Shown here one piece after another: positions 19,855-29,666 of a stretch of 64,000 bases of DNA. Source of the DNA: an uncultured Bacilli bacterium. Its GTDB lineage: Bacteria > Bacillota_I > Bacilli_A > RF39 > UBA660. The position numbers were made by a program, and so were the translations under genes. The stretch covers positions 13,705-77,704 of the forward strand of contig CANQFE010000001.1 of the NCBI GenBank assembly GCA_947598285.1. The letters are read 5' to 3'. How positions within the stretch are numbered: position 1 is the first letter of the stretch; every line of letters begins with the position of its first letter. The notes below the pieces were generated by a model. The model ran no database searches. It saw only the letters and a list, made by a program, of their open reading frames with translations, and was not told the DNA's origin.

Positions 19855-20580
19855 ATGGCTATTTTTAGATTACAAGAGCATTCACCAGATGTATATCCAA
19901 GAAAATCACGAGATTATCAATTATTTTCAGTATTGTTTGATTGTTTAAATGGTGGAATTAAACACGATATAAATTCAATTAGAGACATACTAGATACAAA
20001 TCAAATAAATGAAAATTTAATACCGTATTTGCAAACAAAACTTGGATTTTTTACAAAAATTAAAATTCCAACGGATAAGTTAAGAATAATTTTAAAAGCT
20101 TTTCCAACTATTGTAAAAAATAAAGGGTCCAAAAAAGGAATAGAACAAGCAATTGAAGTATTTTTAAAAGTAGAAAAAATTTCTGCTAAGATGGGAGTTA
20201 CCATTATAAATAAAGCAGAAAATGCAAAAGATTCGTATACTATTCTAATTAGTACATCTAAAAAAATTGATAATTATGATATTCTTAAAGAAATTCTACG
20301 TTATGTTTTACCAGCTGGATATATTTTGAAATTTGTGTATGCTCCAGAAGCTGGAGCTATTAACGATAGAGTTGTATACATGGACGCAATTGAAATTGCA
20401 GCTGCGGATCCTTTCTTAAGTAGAGGTGTTAGAAATACGGATGAAAATACAAACATACCTAATCTATATAACACAGTTGGCTTAACAACAGTATCTTCAA
20501 ATGATCTAAAAAAGCATGAACCAAATAAATATAAGTTAGTTGACAAGAAGAGTTGGGAGAGGGAAGATTTATGGGATTAA
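19855..20580 (+). CDS. baseplate protein gpI-like (P2 tail protein I family)
   Basis: N-terminus …LQEHSPDVYPRKSRDYQLFSVLFD… resembles the tail protein I (DUF2313) signature. Follows gpJ, as in P2. Confidence 0.55.
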   Translation: MAIFRLQEHSPDVYPRKSRDYQLFSVLFDCLNGGIKHDINSIRDILDTNQINENLIPYLQTKLGFFTKIKIPTDKLRIILKAFPTIVKNKGSKKGIEQAIEVFLKVEKISAKMGVTIINKAENAKDSYTILISTSKKIDNYDILKEILRYVLPAGYILKFVYAPEAGAINDRVVYMDAIEIAAADPFLSRGVRNTDENTNIPNLYNTVGLTTVSSNDLKKHEPNKYKLVDKKSWEREDLWD

Positions 20581-21128
20581 ATATTAAAGGTCGTGGTACT
20601 AATTATATAGGATACCAAGGCTATGTTGTTATTTCAACCATTGATAAAAGTGGGCATAAAGTTAAACGATTTAATGCATATAATTCTGGAACTCCAAAAC
20701 TTGGTGAAATTATAAGTAGATCATTACTTCGTGGATCACAATATACGGTTCAAGATACAGAGAAACCATATTCGCTTGGTTTTCTAACTAAGGCGGAAAA
20801 AGGTGTTGGACAGCGTATTACTAATCAAACAGTACCATTCTCAGGTATTGTTTTTGGTGATGCAGTTGAATTGCCGCCTGAATTACAAGCAGATAGGGTA
20901 ATTGGTCAATTAAAGTTAACGGCAATCTTAACACGAAGTTCCGTTAATTTAGGACTAAGTACTAGTAATATGGAATTAACAATTAATGATGCACGTGGAA
21001 ACGTATTAGCCTATATTGATGATGTTGATATTTCTGAATTAGGCGAATCAATTTTAGCGAATGTGTATAGTGCATTAAAAGTTCAAGATGTTCTTATTGA
21101 ATGGTACATGCTTATTCTAAATAAATGA
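20571..21128 (+). CDS. tail fiber/baseplate-associated protein
   Basis: ATG at 20571 with ribosome-binding site GAGGGAAG. The ORF-track start at 20553 is a TTG in the same frame. Directly downstream of gpJ and gpI. Confidence 0.4.
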   Translation: MGLNIKGRGTNYIGYQGYVVISTIDKSGHKVKRFNAYNSGTPKLGEIISRSLLRGSQYTVQDTEKPYSLGFLTKAEKGVGQRITNQTVPFSGIVFGDAVELPPELQADRVIGQLKLTAILTRSSVNLGLSTSNMELTINDARGNVLAYIDDVDISELGESILANVYSALKVQDVLIEWYMLILNK

Positions 21129-21136
21129 GGTAATAT

Positions 21137-21712
21137 TTGATTATGAATACTAATTATTTACAATCAAGTGAAGTAAAGGCGTTTCCATTAGCAAAATCAC
21201 GAGCTGCAATAAGTCTTGATATTACAAGTAGAATTTTCTACGAACAAAATGTGAGTAATATTATAAGACAGCTAACTAGTAGGCCTGGATTTATAATTTC
21301 TGGAACTGTTGATGATCAAGGTAATGTAATAAATGGACCATTAAAAATTGACATACAAGGTTATTATTTTGAAATTTCGGAAAAAAGTAATTTAATTCCG
21401 GTAGCTGGAGAGGTAGATAAAAATTCAACTAAAATATTTGTTGGCATTAGGTTATCTAGTCCAGAATCTATAACAGATGATAGCGGAAGCACTATTATAA
21501 CGCCACAAGAAATTATTGGACAAGATTATCAGAATGAATATCAAGGTTTATATTTCTGTTATAATGCACTTCCAAGCGAGTTTATAGGATTCCAGTTACT
21601 ACAAGGTGCTGGTTCTGGTGATAATAAAACATGGTCGTTATTTGAAAAAAGTTTTACAAAATTTGATTATACTAATGATCTAAATATTACATTTATTGAC
21701 GGAAAGAATTAA
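21137..21712 (+). CDS. tail fiber-associated protein
   Basis: 191-aa ORF with a ribosome-binding site, in the fiber cluster. Confidence 0.4.
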   Translation: MIMNTNYLQSSEVKAFPLAKSRAAISLDITSRIFYEQNVSNIIRQLTSRPGFIISGTVDDQGNVINGPLKIDIQGYYFEISEKSNLIPVAGEVDKNSTKIFVGIRLSSPESITDDSGSTIITPQEIIGQDYQNEYQGLYFCYNALPSEFIGFQLLQGAGSGDNKTWSLFEKSFTKFDYTNDLNITFIDGKN

Positions 21713-21717
21713 TAGCT

Positions 21718-21999
21718 ATGAATTCTAATTTAATTATTACTTGTCCAAGATGTCATAGACAATATTATTTTCAGGAAATTTTTCATCCAAAAACTATCTT
21801 TAACCCTGTATATAATATTATTAGGGATGATAAAGGTCAAATAGATGAAATAATTGAAGACAAATCGGATTTAAGCGAATTATATTTTTGTGATACGTGT
21901 GAAGCACCAATATTTGTTAAAGCTGATATTTCGTTTGAAATTTCAATAGAAAATAAATTTGATTTTACGAAGGATACTGTAATCATTAAAAATGATTAA
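21718..21999 (+). CDS. small zinc-ribbon protein (CPRCHR…CDTCEAP)
   Basis: Two CxxC pairs in 93 aa. Confidence 0.4.
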   Translation: MNSNLIITCPRCHRQYYFQEIFHPKTIFNPVYNIIRDDKGQIDEIIEDKSDLSELYFCDTCEAPIFVKADISFEISIENKFDFTKDTVIIKND

Positions 22000-23689
22000 A
22001 ATTAAAGAGGATGTAACAACAAAGATTCCAGGATTAACATCTTTATATATTACATTAAATCCCGTAGACACGAATGTCTTAAACATATTACATCAATGTC
22101 CTCCATATAATTATAATAAAAATATAAAAAGCTGGGAAATTCCTGTTACCCGGCTTTCTAAATTTATAAATATGGCAACTAAATTTGATGATATTGAGTT
22201 AGATTTAATGAAAAATGTTCCAATAAAAAAATTGGATTATGAACCATCTAAATTTAGAACAAAACCATATCAACATCAAATTGAAGTAATTAAATATGGA
22301 CTTCAACACGATAATTTCTTATTACTCGATGCTCCTGGTTTAGGTAAGACAATCTCTTTAATTTACTTAGCACAGGAATTAAAGAAGAAAGAAAATATAG
22401 AACATTGTTTAATTATTTGTGGCATTAATTCATTAAAAGTTAACTGGGAAAAAGAAATTGAAAAACATTCTGATTTAAATTGTATAATTCCTGGTAAACG
22501 TATTACAAAAACCGGTAAAACTCTATATGGTTCAATTGATGATAGATTAAAGGCTTTAAGTCAGCCTATTAAAGAATTCTTTGTTATTTTAAATATAGAA
22601 TCTCTACGTGAAGATAAAATTTTAAAAATTCTTAAGAATGGTCCTAATAGATTTGATATGATTGCTATAGATGAATTACATGTAGCAAAATCAAGTCAGT
22701 CTTCTCAAGGGAAAAATTTGTTAAAATTAACGAACGCAAAACATAAAATAGGCATGACTGGTACATTATTATTAAATAATCCAGTTGATGTTTACGTTCC
22801 TTTAAAGTGGATTGGTGCTGAGCATTCTACATTAACTAATTTTAAATCTCAATATATTGAATATGGTGGTTTCTTTAATAATGAAGTTGTTGGGTATAAA
22901 AATATTGATTCATTAAAAGATCAAATAGCTTCAGTCTCATTACGAAGAACAAAAGATTTATTAGATTTACCAGAAAAAAATATTATTGATGAATATCTTG
23001 ATATGAATAATGATCAAGATAAGTTTTATCATGATATTGTAAATGGAGTATTGAATGAAGTTGATAAAGTAAATATAAATACTTCTATAGTATTATCTAT
23101 GGTAACACGATTGCGGCAAGCAACATCTTGTCCAAGTGTTTTAACAACATCTCCAATTTCATCTATAAAAGTTCAAAGATGTATAGATCATGTAACAGAA
23201 ATTGTAGCATCAGGAAATAAAGTTGTAATCTTTTCACAATTTAAGAAAACAATAGAAGATTTATTATCAGAACTTAAAGAATACAATCCATTAGTTTGTA
23301 CTGGAGATATACATGATAGTATTATATCAGAAAATGTCGATAAATTTCAAAATGATGATGAACATATGGTCATGATATGTACAGCACAGAAAATGGGCAC
23401 CGGATTTACATTAAATAGAGCAGCATATGCAATCTTCGTTGATACGTCTTTTGTACATGGTATTCAAGAACAAAACGAAGATCGTATACACAGAATTGGT
23501 AGTAAACAACCTGTATTTATTTACAGATTGTGGTGTAATAATACGTTCGATTTAAGGGTAAAACAGTTAATTGATAATAAAAGAGTGTTATCAGACTACA
23601 TAATTGACAACACAGCTGGTAGCGATGCTAAAGAAATTTTACGTTCGTTAATATTAAATGAAGGCATAGAAAACTCCATTCTAACATGA
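21992..23689 (+). CDS. SNF2/Rad54-family ATP-dependent helicase
   Basis: Motif I LLLDAPGLGKT, motif II DELH, motif III MTGTLLLNNP, and C-terminal motifs V/VI (GTGFTL; QNEDRIHRIGSKQ). Confidence 0.8.
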   Translation: MIKIKEDVTTKIPGLTSLYITLNPVDTNVLNILHQCPPYNYNKNIKSWEIPVTRLSKFINMATKFDDIELDLMKNVPIKKLDYEPSKFRTKPYQHQIEVIKYGLQHDNFLLLDAPGLGKTISLIYLAQELKKKENIEHCLIICGINSLKVNWEKEIEKHSDLNCIIPGKRITKTGKTLYGSIDDRLKALSQPIKEFFVILNIESLREDKILKILKNGPNRFDMIAIDELHVAKSSQSSQGKNLLKLTNAKHKIGMTGTLLLNNPVDVYVPLKWIGAEHSTLTNFKSQYIEYGGFFNNEVVGYKNIDSLKDQIASVSLRRTKDLLDLPEKNIIDEYLDMNNDQDKFYHDIVNGVLNEVDKVNINTSIVLSMVTRLRQATSCPSVLTTSPISSIKVQRCIDHVTEIVASGNKVVIFSQFKKTIEDLLSELKEYNPLVCTGDIHDSIISENVDKFQNDDEHMVMICTAQKMGTGFTLNRAAYAIFVDTSFVHGIQEQNEDRIHRIGSKQPVFIYRLWCNNTFDLRVKQLIDNKRVLSDYIIDNTAGSDAKEILRSLILNEGIENSILT

Positions 23690-23706
23690 ATGGAGTTTTA
23701 TTTTTA
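23670..23706. terminator. bidirectional intrinsic terminator between convergent SNF2 (+) and queE (-)
   Basis: 11-bp perfect stem AAAACTCCATT / AATGGAGTTTT with an 8-nt loop, flanked by A-runs upstream and T-runs downstream. Confidence 0.65.
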
Positions 23707-24429
23707 TACACCTTGTTTATTTCCCCACACTAAAGTATGAATTTGTGGAAGAATGTATACATATTTCATATCACTTTGCATTACTTTCTCAATAAGTGTT
23801 TTATAATTTCGAAGAATTCTTTCCGCAATATCTCCTTTCTCGTCTACATTATCATTTCCAACACTTAAATATAATTTAATGTTTAGATTTGATTGTGTTA
23901 AAAAATGATATGTACGTGCGAACTCGAAATCTTCATTATTAAACACAGGAATTTTAATAGCAATATTAGTTTTATTTTTTAATAATGTATTATAGTTCTT
24001 AGATAACCAATTACAAATGTTTTCGAAGACGTTTGGTTGATGACTGGAAGGCGCTTTAGGACTAATAACGATTGTATTACACATTAACAGCCAAGCAGGA
24101 AATTTGCTACCTTGTGTTTCAACATCGAATGAAATATCATCATCTTTTAATTTAGAAATAACATTACTAAAGTTATACAAACAAGGGTTACCACCAGTTA
24201 ATACTACATTACGAGTATTGGTATTGTTACATAGTGTTCGTAATTCGTCAATCAGTTCTTCATCAGAATATTTCCTTGAATTCTCACTTTCTGCCCATGC
24301 AAATTTACTATCACACCACGAACATTTAAAATCACATCCAACTACTCTTACAAAAATAGTTTTAATGCCTGCTTTTGGTCCCTCCCCTTGAATGGTGGGA
24401 CCAAAAATTTCGGTAACGTTGATGCTCAA
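23704..24429 (-). CDS. queE: 7-carboxy-7-deazaguanine synthase QueE (radical SAM)
   Basis: N-terminus EIFGPTIQGEGPKAGIKTIFVRVVGCDFKCSWCDSKF matches the QueE signature and the Cx3Cx2C cluster of the QueE radical-SAM variant. Confidence 0.8.
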   Translation of the reverse strand: MSINVTEIFGPTIQGEGPKAGIKTIFVRVVGCDFKCSWCDSKFAWAESENSRKYSDEELIDELRTLCNNTNTRNVVLTGGNPCLYNFSNVISKLKDDDISFDVETQGSKFPAWLLMCNTIVISPKAPSSHQPNVFENICNWLSKNYNTLLKNKTNIAIKIPVFNNEDFEFARTYHFLTQSNLNIKLYLSVGNDNVDEKGDIAERILRNYKTLIEKVMQSDMKYVYILPQIHTLVWGNKQGV

Positions 24430-24873
24430 TTAATCCACCTCACATTCTGCGAAACTATTTGTAGTTTCCCACAATTTAACTTTCTTAATCTGAACTCCTT
24501 TAGCTTTTAATTCACTGTCCTTGTTGATTTCATCTCTAATATGGGTAAGAAACCACTTTGACATATTTTCAGCAGAAGTGTCAAAAGGAAAACCTTGAAT
24601 TGCCTTAGAATGTTTTTGTAGAACTTCAACAAGTTCTTGTTCAACAACAGATGGATTAGCTTCGTTATATAGATATTTATGATCGGGAAGCACACGTTTA
24701 ATAATTTGATCAAGAACCTTGAAATCCAAAACCATTCCCCATTGAGTTCGCTCTCTACAGCCAACAGTTACTTCAATTTTATATGTATGACCGTGTAGAT
24801 TTGCACAAGCTCCAGGATATTCAGGCAAGAGATGTGCGGCTTCAAATTCCGCGTGCCGTGTTACAGTTACCAT
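24430..24873 (-). CDS. queD: 6-carboxy-5,6,7,8-tetrahydropterin synthase QueD
   Basis: 147 aa, …HAEFEAAHLLPEYPGACANLHGHTYKIEV…. Conserved Cys and His-x-His zinc/catalytic motifs of QueD/PTPS. Translationally coupled to queE. Confidence 0.8.
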   Translation of the reverse strand: MVTVTRHAEFEAAHLLPEYPGACANLHGHTYKIEVTVGCRERTQWGMVLDFKVLDQIIKRVLPDHKYLYNEANPSVVEQELVEVLQKHSKAIQGFPFDTSAENMSKWFLTHIRDEINKDSELKAKGVQIKKVKLWETTNSFAECEVD

Positions 24874-25197
24874 GTAAGTACTCCTTCATACTAATTTGAT
24901 GTGATAATTATAGTACATAATTTTCAATTTTTCAACTAATACGAATAAATAACTTATATAATATTATATTTTAATATAATTTAATTATTAGTTAATAAGT
25001 TATGTAATAATATTATTATATAAGATTATATAATATAATACAACTAAGTAATTTAGTTGTATACATTCTAGTTGTATTATCTTATTTAAGACTATATAAT
25101 ATATACGTGAAAATTTTTACGTTGTTCGACCAATTCACTTAATACAAGGTGTATACATAAAGAAGACTTGTTTTAGATATGAAGTAATGTTATTGAG
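24874..25197. promoter_or_regulatory. AT-rich divergent intergenic region (~85% A+T) with direct/inverted repeats; divergent promoters and candidate replication origin
   Basis: Lies between the minus-strand queDE operon and the plus-strand replisome operon. Contains the palindrome ACAACTAAGTAATTTAGTTGT, repeated TATATAATATA units and two TTGTAT-N17-TA(T)AAT promoter-like elements. Confidence 0.5.
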
Positions 25198-26004
25198 GTG
25201 ATTCACATTTTAACCGAACTTAAAAGAATATATAAAGAAAAATCTAGGCAAATAGACGGTATAAAACAGAAAGACCAGATAGCTCTTGCAAATTTATATC
25301 ATGATGATCCTAAAAATAAGGAAGTTTATTTATCCGAATTAGTTGTACGATATTGGAATATACCGTCAAAAGCAGTTTATCAAAATTTAAATATTTTTTC
25401 AGAAGAGGATGCATACGAATGGTATATTGAAGCAGTATTAGGGGTCTTGGAGGAACGACCTTGGACAAATACTTCTAGTAGTTTATATAAAGATCCGAAA
25501 GCATTTGAAAAAGCAATCAACGTTCGATTTTTCTGCATAAAAACAAATTGGTTTCAAGCATCTAATCGCCACAAAAGAAAATTATTACATGATAGTATTA
25601 GTCTTGATAAGTGTATAGAAGAATACGATGATTTTACTTTTCATAATAGTTTAGTTGATGATACGGATATTCTTACATCAGAAATACATAAAGATTTAAT
25701 TATACGTTTCTTTCAGGAAAAGAATTATCTTCTAACAATTATTATTGATTTAATTGCAAATCAAATAAATATTGATAAAGTTTCGGATATCGAGTCATTA
25801 AGTGTTATGGTCAGAAAGTATCTTAAGAAAGCGTTAAGTAGTTATGTAGCCACTTTTACAAAAGAATATGGACTTCCAAAAGATGAAGTTGTCGAAGCGT
25901 ATTATAAGATATATAATATTAGTGATAAGAGACTTAAGACATCTGTTAATTATTATATTTCTAAGTTAAAATTATTACTTCTACAAGAAGGACTAACATG
26001 TTAA
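25198..26004 (+). CDS. hypothetical protein, first gene of replication operon (possible initiator/regulator)
   Basis: 268 aa. GTG start. No recognisable catalytic motif. Confidence 0.4.
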   Translation: MIHILTELKRIYKEKSRQIDGIKQKDQIALANLYHDDPKNKEVYLSELVVRYWNIPSKAVYQNLNIFSEEDAYEWYIEAVLGVLEERPWTNTSSSLYKDPKAFEKAINVRFFCIKTNWFQASNRHKRKLLHDSISLDKCIEEYDDFTFHNSLVDDTDILTSEIHKDLIIRFFQEKNYLLTIIIDLIANQINIDKVSDIESLSVMVRKYLKKALSSYVATFTKEYGLPKDEVVEAYYKIYNISDKRLKTSVNYYISKLKLLLLQEGLTC

Positions 26005-26735
26005 TCGATCTTTTAGGCATGGATAATTATATTAGTTTTAATATTAAACTAGCTGAAATTCTTGGATTACATGCAGCTATTTACTTATCAGAGCTTATGA
26101 ATATAAATGAAAAAGCTGTTAGAAAATCAAAAGTTGACAACAATTTTTTTATTATAGATCGTTCATATATTACTAGAAGAACAACACTTGATAGAACAGA
26201 ACAATTAAAGATAGATAAAGAATTATGTGATCTTGGAATACTTAAGATTAACGAAGCAAATCATAATACAATTCAATTAAATTTATCTGTTCTCATTAGT
26301 CTTCTAAGTGGAGAAAACGAAGAAGTAATTAAAAATTTAAAAGAAACAGTTAAAAAAAGTAAGACAAGAAAGGAAGGAACGAAAGAACAACAAGCATGTG
26401 AATCAATGAAGGCTTTAATTGAAACTGATAATCCTGAACTATATGAAGCGTATTGTGACTGGATTGACTCTGTATATGCAAAATTGCACTGGATGTCTAA
26501 AAAAGCTGTGCTATTTGGACAGCAATTAGTCGATGAGACTTCTAACCGAGATTTAGATGTTGCACTAAAAATAATAGAATTAGCTACTGTCAACGGATAT
26601 AAAGACATGACATGGGCGGTAAAATTGTATAAAGACAACTACGAGCCATCATATCGAGTTGTGAACAACTCAAAAATCAGTTATACTATATCAGATAAAA
26701 CTACAAAGCCAGAGTTAAGTGACGAGGTGTTCTAA
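25998..26735 (+). CDS. DnaD/DnaB_2-domain replisome organizer (replication initiation and membrane attachment family)
   Basis: C-terminal region YEAYCDWIDSVYAKLHWMS…DVALKIIELATVNGYKDMTWAVKLY resembles the Firmicute DnaD-like (PF07261) domain. Precedes the helicase-loader/helicase pair. Confidence 0.55.
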   Translation: MLIDLLGMDNYISFNIKLAEILGLHAAIYLSELMNINEKAVRKSKVDNNFFIIDRSYITRRTTLDRTEQLKIDKELCDLGILKINEANHNTIQLNLSVLISLLSGENEEVIKNLKETVKKSKTRKEGTKEQQACESMKALIETDNPELYEAYCDWIDSVYAKLHWMSKKAVLFGQQLVDETSNRDLDVALKIIELATVNGYKDMTWAVKLYKDNYEPSYRVVNNSKISYTISDKTTKPELSDEVF

Positions 26736-27441
26736 AATTTTACTAAGTACGGATTGTTTTCTTAAAGATCAATGTGCCAAGTACAAAAGAAATAATTGTG
26801 TAGACAATTCTTTTTGTTTGAAACTATTTAAAATAGAGGCATTATTTTCGAATTCACTTCTTCCAAAACATAAGTGGAATCGATTTGCTCTTTATATTGA
26901 TAAAGATAATACTGATAAAAAAGAATTTAAAGAACTTAGGTATATAGAAAAAACTATTTCGGATTTTATTGAATCAGGTAAAAATCTATATCTCTGTTCT
27001 TCAACTTGTGGTAATGGTAAAACAAGTTGGGCAATTAGACTTATACAAAGTTATTTCAATAATATTTGGCCTTCCGTGGATGTTGATAAAGAGCCTTGTA
27101 AAGCTTTATTTATCAACTTGCCTAATTTTTTTATCCAATTAAAAAATAATATATCAAAACAAAATGATTATATTGATTTTATTAAACGATATGTCTTAGA
27201 ATGTGATCTTATTGTTTGGGATGATGTTGGAACTAAAGCTGGAACAGAGTTTGAAATGGAAAATTTCTTATCAATTTTAGATTATAGATTATGTTGCGGT
27301 AAGTCAAATATTTACACATCAAATATATTACCACAAAATTTAAGTCAGTATCTCGATGTAAGGTTATGTTCTAGAATATTAAATCAGAATTGTGACATTA
27401 TTTGTTTAAATGGGCAAGATAAAAGAGGTGTTCGAGCATGA
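26719..27441 (+). CDS. DnaC/DnaI-like helicase loader (IstB-type AAA+ ATPase)
   Basis: Walker A CGNGKTSWA and Walker B LIVWDDVG, about 240 aa, immediately upstream of dnaB. Confidence 0.65.
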   Translation: MTRCSKILLSTDCFLKDQCAKYKRNNCVDNSFCLKLFKIEALFSNSLLPKHKWNRFALYIDKDNTDKKEFKELRYIEKTISDFIESGKNLYLCSSTCGNGKTSWAIRLIQSYFNNIWPSVDVDKEPCKALFINLPNFFIQLKNNISKQNDYIDFIKRYVLECDLIVWDDVGTKAGTEFEMENFLSILDYRLCCGKSNIYTSNILPQNLSQYLDVRLCSRILNQNCDIICLNGQDKRGVRA

Positions 27442-28709
27442 TACAGTTACAAATGTTAAATCGTATTCTACAATCAGGAAACACCTCTTTATTAACGTTA
27501 CATAATTTCACTGAAGAGTATTTTAGTGATTATAAAAAAGAATATAACTGGATTTCTGAACATATTAAAAAATATGGTAATTGTCCGGATACAGTTTCTT
27601 TTTTAGATCAGTTTCCTTCTTTTGATATTATCGAAGTCAATGAAACAAATGATTATTTATTAACTTCTTTAATAGAAGATTTTAATAAGAGAAAATTAGC
27701 AAAAGTCTTTAATAAAGTAAGAGAGCTATTAAATAATAATAAAACACAAGAAGCACTTAATTATTATATTAATGCGGTAACTGACGTTACTTCTTCTACA
27801 GATATTCAATCAATTGATATTATACAAGACACCTCTCGTTATGATACATATATTGATAAGTGTAATGACTATAATAAATTTTACATCAAAACAGGTTTTG
27901 ATGAATTAGATACATTGATTGGTGGTTGGGATAAACAAGAAGAACTCGCAACACTTGTAGCACGTCCAGGCGTTGGTAAAAGTTTTTGTTTACAGAAAAT
28001 TGCCATTGCAGCAGCACAACAAGGTTTAACTGTTGGCATTTATTCTGGAGAAATGTCTGAAGCTAAAGTTGGTTATAGAATTGATACGTTAATTTCACAT
28101 ATTCCAAATTCTGGTATTATGCGTGGTGATCCAAATATTAAGACTGAATATAAGCGATATTTGGAAGGGTTAAAAGATACTATTAAAGGATCTATTAAAA
28201 TTCTTACTCCAAGTATGATTAATGGACCTGCAGGTGTAAATGCGCTACGTGCTTTTGTTGAAAAGGATCATTTGGACATGCTGTGTGTGGATCAACATTC
28301 CTTATTGGAAGATGATCGTAAAGCTAAAACTCCTTTTGAAAGAGCAGCTAATATATCAAGAGATTTAAAGAATTTGCAAGTATTAAAGAAGATTCCTATT
28401 ATTGCTATTTCACAACAAAATAGAACCGAAGCACAAGAACAAAATACTACTCAAGTTGCACAAAGTGATAGAATTTCACAAGATAGTACAATTCTATTAT
28501 TTTTACAACAAAAAGAAAATTTGCTTACTTTAAATTTAGTAAAATCAAGGGATTCAGTAACTGGAAAGAAATTAAATTATGCAATAGACCTTAATAGAGG
28601 TATTTTTAATTTCGTTCCAGATAGTACGAATACAGATAAAGAAGCGTTAAAAGGTCTTAAAGAAGAATACGATTCTGATATAACAACATGTGGGGAGGAT
28701 ATATATTAG
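27438..28709 (+). CDS. dnaB: replicative DNA helicase DnaB family
   Basis: Walker A ARPGVGKSF, RecA-like C-terminal domain, 423 aa. Confidence 0.8.
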   Translation: MIQLQMLNRILQSGNTSLLTLHNFTEEYFSDYKKEYNWISEHIKKYGNCPDTVSFLDQFPSFDIIEVNETNDYLLTSLIEDFNKRKLAKVFNKVRELLNNNKTQEALNYYINAVTDVTSSTDIQSIDIIQDTSRYDTYIDKCNDYNKFYIKTGFDELDTLIGGWDKQEELATLVARPGVGKSFCLQKIAIAAAQQGLTVGIYSGEMSEAKVGYRIDTLISHIPNSGIMRGDPNIKTEYKRYLEGLKDTIKGSIKILTPSMINGPAGVNALRAFVEKDHLDMLCVDQHSLLEDDRKAKTPFERAANISRDLKNLQVLKKIPIIAISQQNRTEAQEQNTTQVAQSDRISQDSTILLFLQQKENLLTLNLVKSRDSVTGKKLNYAIDLNRGIFNFVPDSTNTDKEALKGLKEEYDSDITTCGEDIY

Positions 28710-29666
28710 TTGCAATTAACTGTTGATAATAAAGTAATATTAACTCCATTACCAAAAATCTTAGAAACTCTTCAATCTCAATTATCTACTGGTAAGTTAA
28801 AAGATATTGATTCATCTAATTCTGAAAATATTAGAGTAACTTGTCCAAATAATGATCATAAAGGTGGACAAGAACGTCATCCAAGTTGTAATATTTTCAA
28901 TCTTGATAATAATGATAAAGTTACGAAAGGAACTGCACACTGTTTTGCTTGTGGGTATAAAGCAAATTTTGTTCAGTTTATTTGTGACTGTTTTAACAAC
29001 GATGATATTCAGTTTGCTAAAGACTGGTTACTTGAAAATTCAGACGTCGCATTTCAATCAGAGGTACAATATTTACCAGAAATAGAAATCGAAACTAAGA
29101 AACCAGAAAAAGAATATTTAGATGAATCTGTTTTAACTCAATATAAACATTATCATCCATATATGTGGAAAAGAAAATTATCAAAAGAGATTGTTGATTT
29201 ATTTGAAGTTGGATATGACGCTAATTCTAAATGTCTTACATTTCCAGTTAGGGATGAATATGGTAGACTTTTATTTATAACAAAACGTAGTGTAGAGAAT
29301 AAAAGTTTCTTTATTCCAAAATATGTTGAAAAACCGGTTTATTTATTATATTATGTCTTGCAACATAAATTAACTAGGGTTGTGGTATGTGAATCACAAA
29401 TTAACACGCTTTATTGTTGGACTCTTGGAATTCCAGCTATTGGCCTCTTTGGAACCGGAGATTCTTTTCAATATAATATTCTTAAAACATCCGGAATTCG
29501 TATTTTCGATTTAATGTTTGATGGAGATTCTGCTGGACGAAAAGGAGCATATAGGTTTGAACAATATATGAAAGATTATTGTTTTATAAACAAATGGATA
29601 CTACCAGAAGGCAAAGATGTAAACGACTTATCTTATGAGGAGTTAACTAAATTACCAGTTATTTAG
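28710..29666 (+). CDS. dnaG: DnaG-type DNA primase (zinc-binding + TOPRIM)
   Basis: CHC2-type zinc finger (CPNNDHKGG…HPSC…HCFACG) and TOPRIM acidic motifs (VCESQ; FDGDSAGR). TTG start. Confidence 0.7.
   Translation: MQLTVDNKVILTPLPKILETLQSQLSTGKLKDIDSSNSENIRVTCPNNDHKGGQERHPSCNIFNLDNNDKVTKGTAHCFACGYKANFVQFICDCFNNDDIQFAKDWLLENSDVAFQSEVQYLPEIEIETKKPEKEYLDESVLTQYKHYHPYMWKRKLSKEIVDLFEVGYDANSKCLTFPVRDEYGRLLFITKRSVENKSFFIPKYVEKPVYLLYYVLQHKLTRVVVCESQINTLYCWTLGIPAIGLFGTGDSFQYNILKTSGIRIFDLMFDGDSAGRKGAYRFEQYMKDYCFINKWILPEGKDVNDLSYEELTKLPVI

Noticed and set aside
24874-25197. CRISPR array or other regular repeat array in the AT-rich region
   Set aside because: The repeats are short, irregular AT-rich iterons and palindromes without constant-length spacers. 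No cas-like genes are present.
25198-26004. Phage sigma factor call for the first gene of the replication operon
   Set aside because: No recognisable sigma-70 region 2 or 4 motifs. Left as hypothetical.
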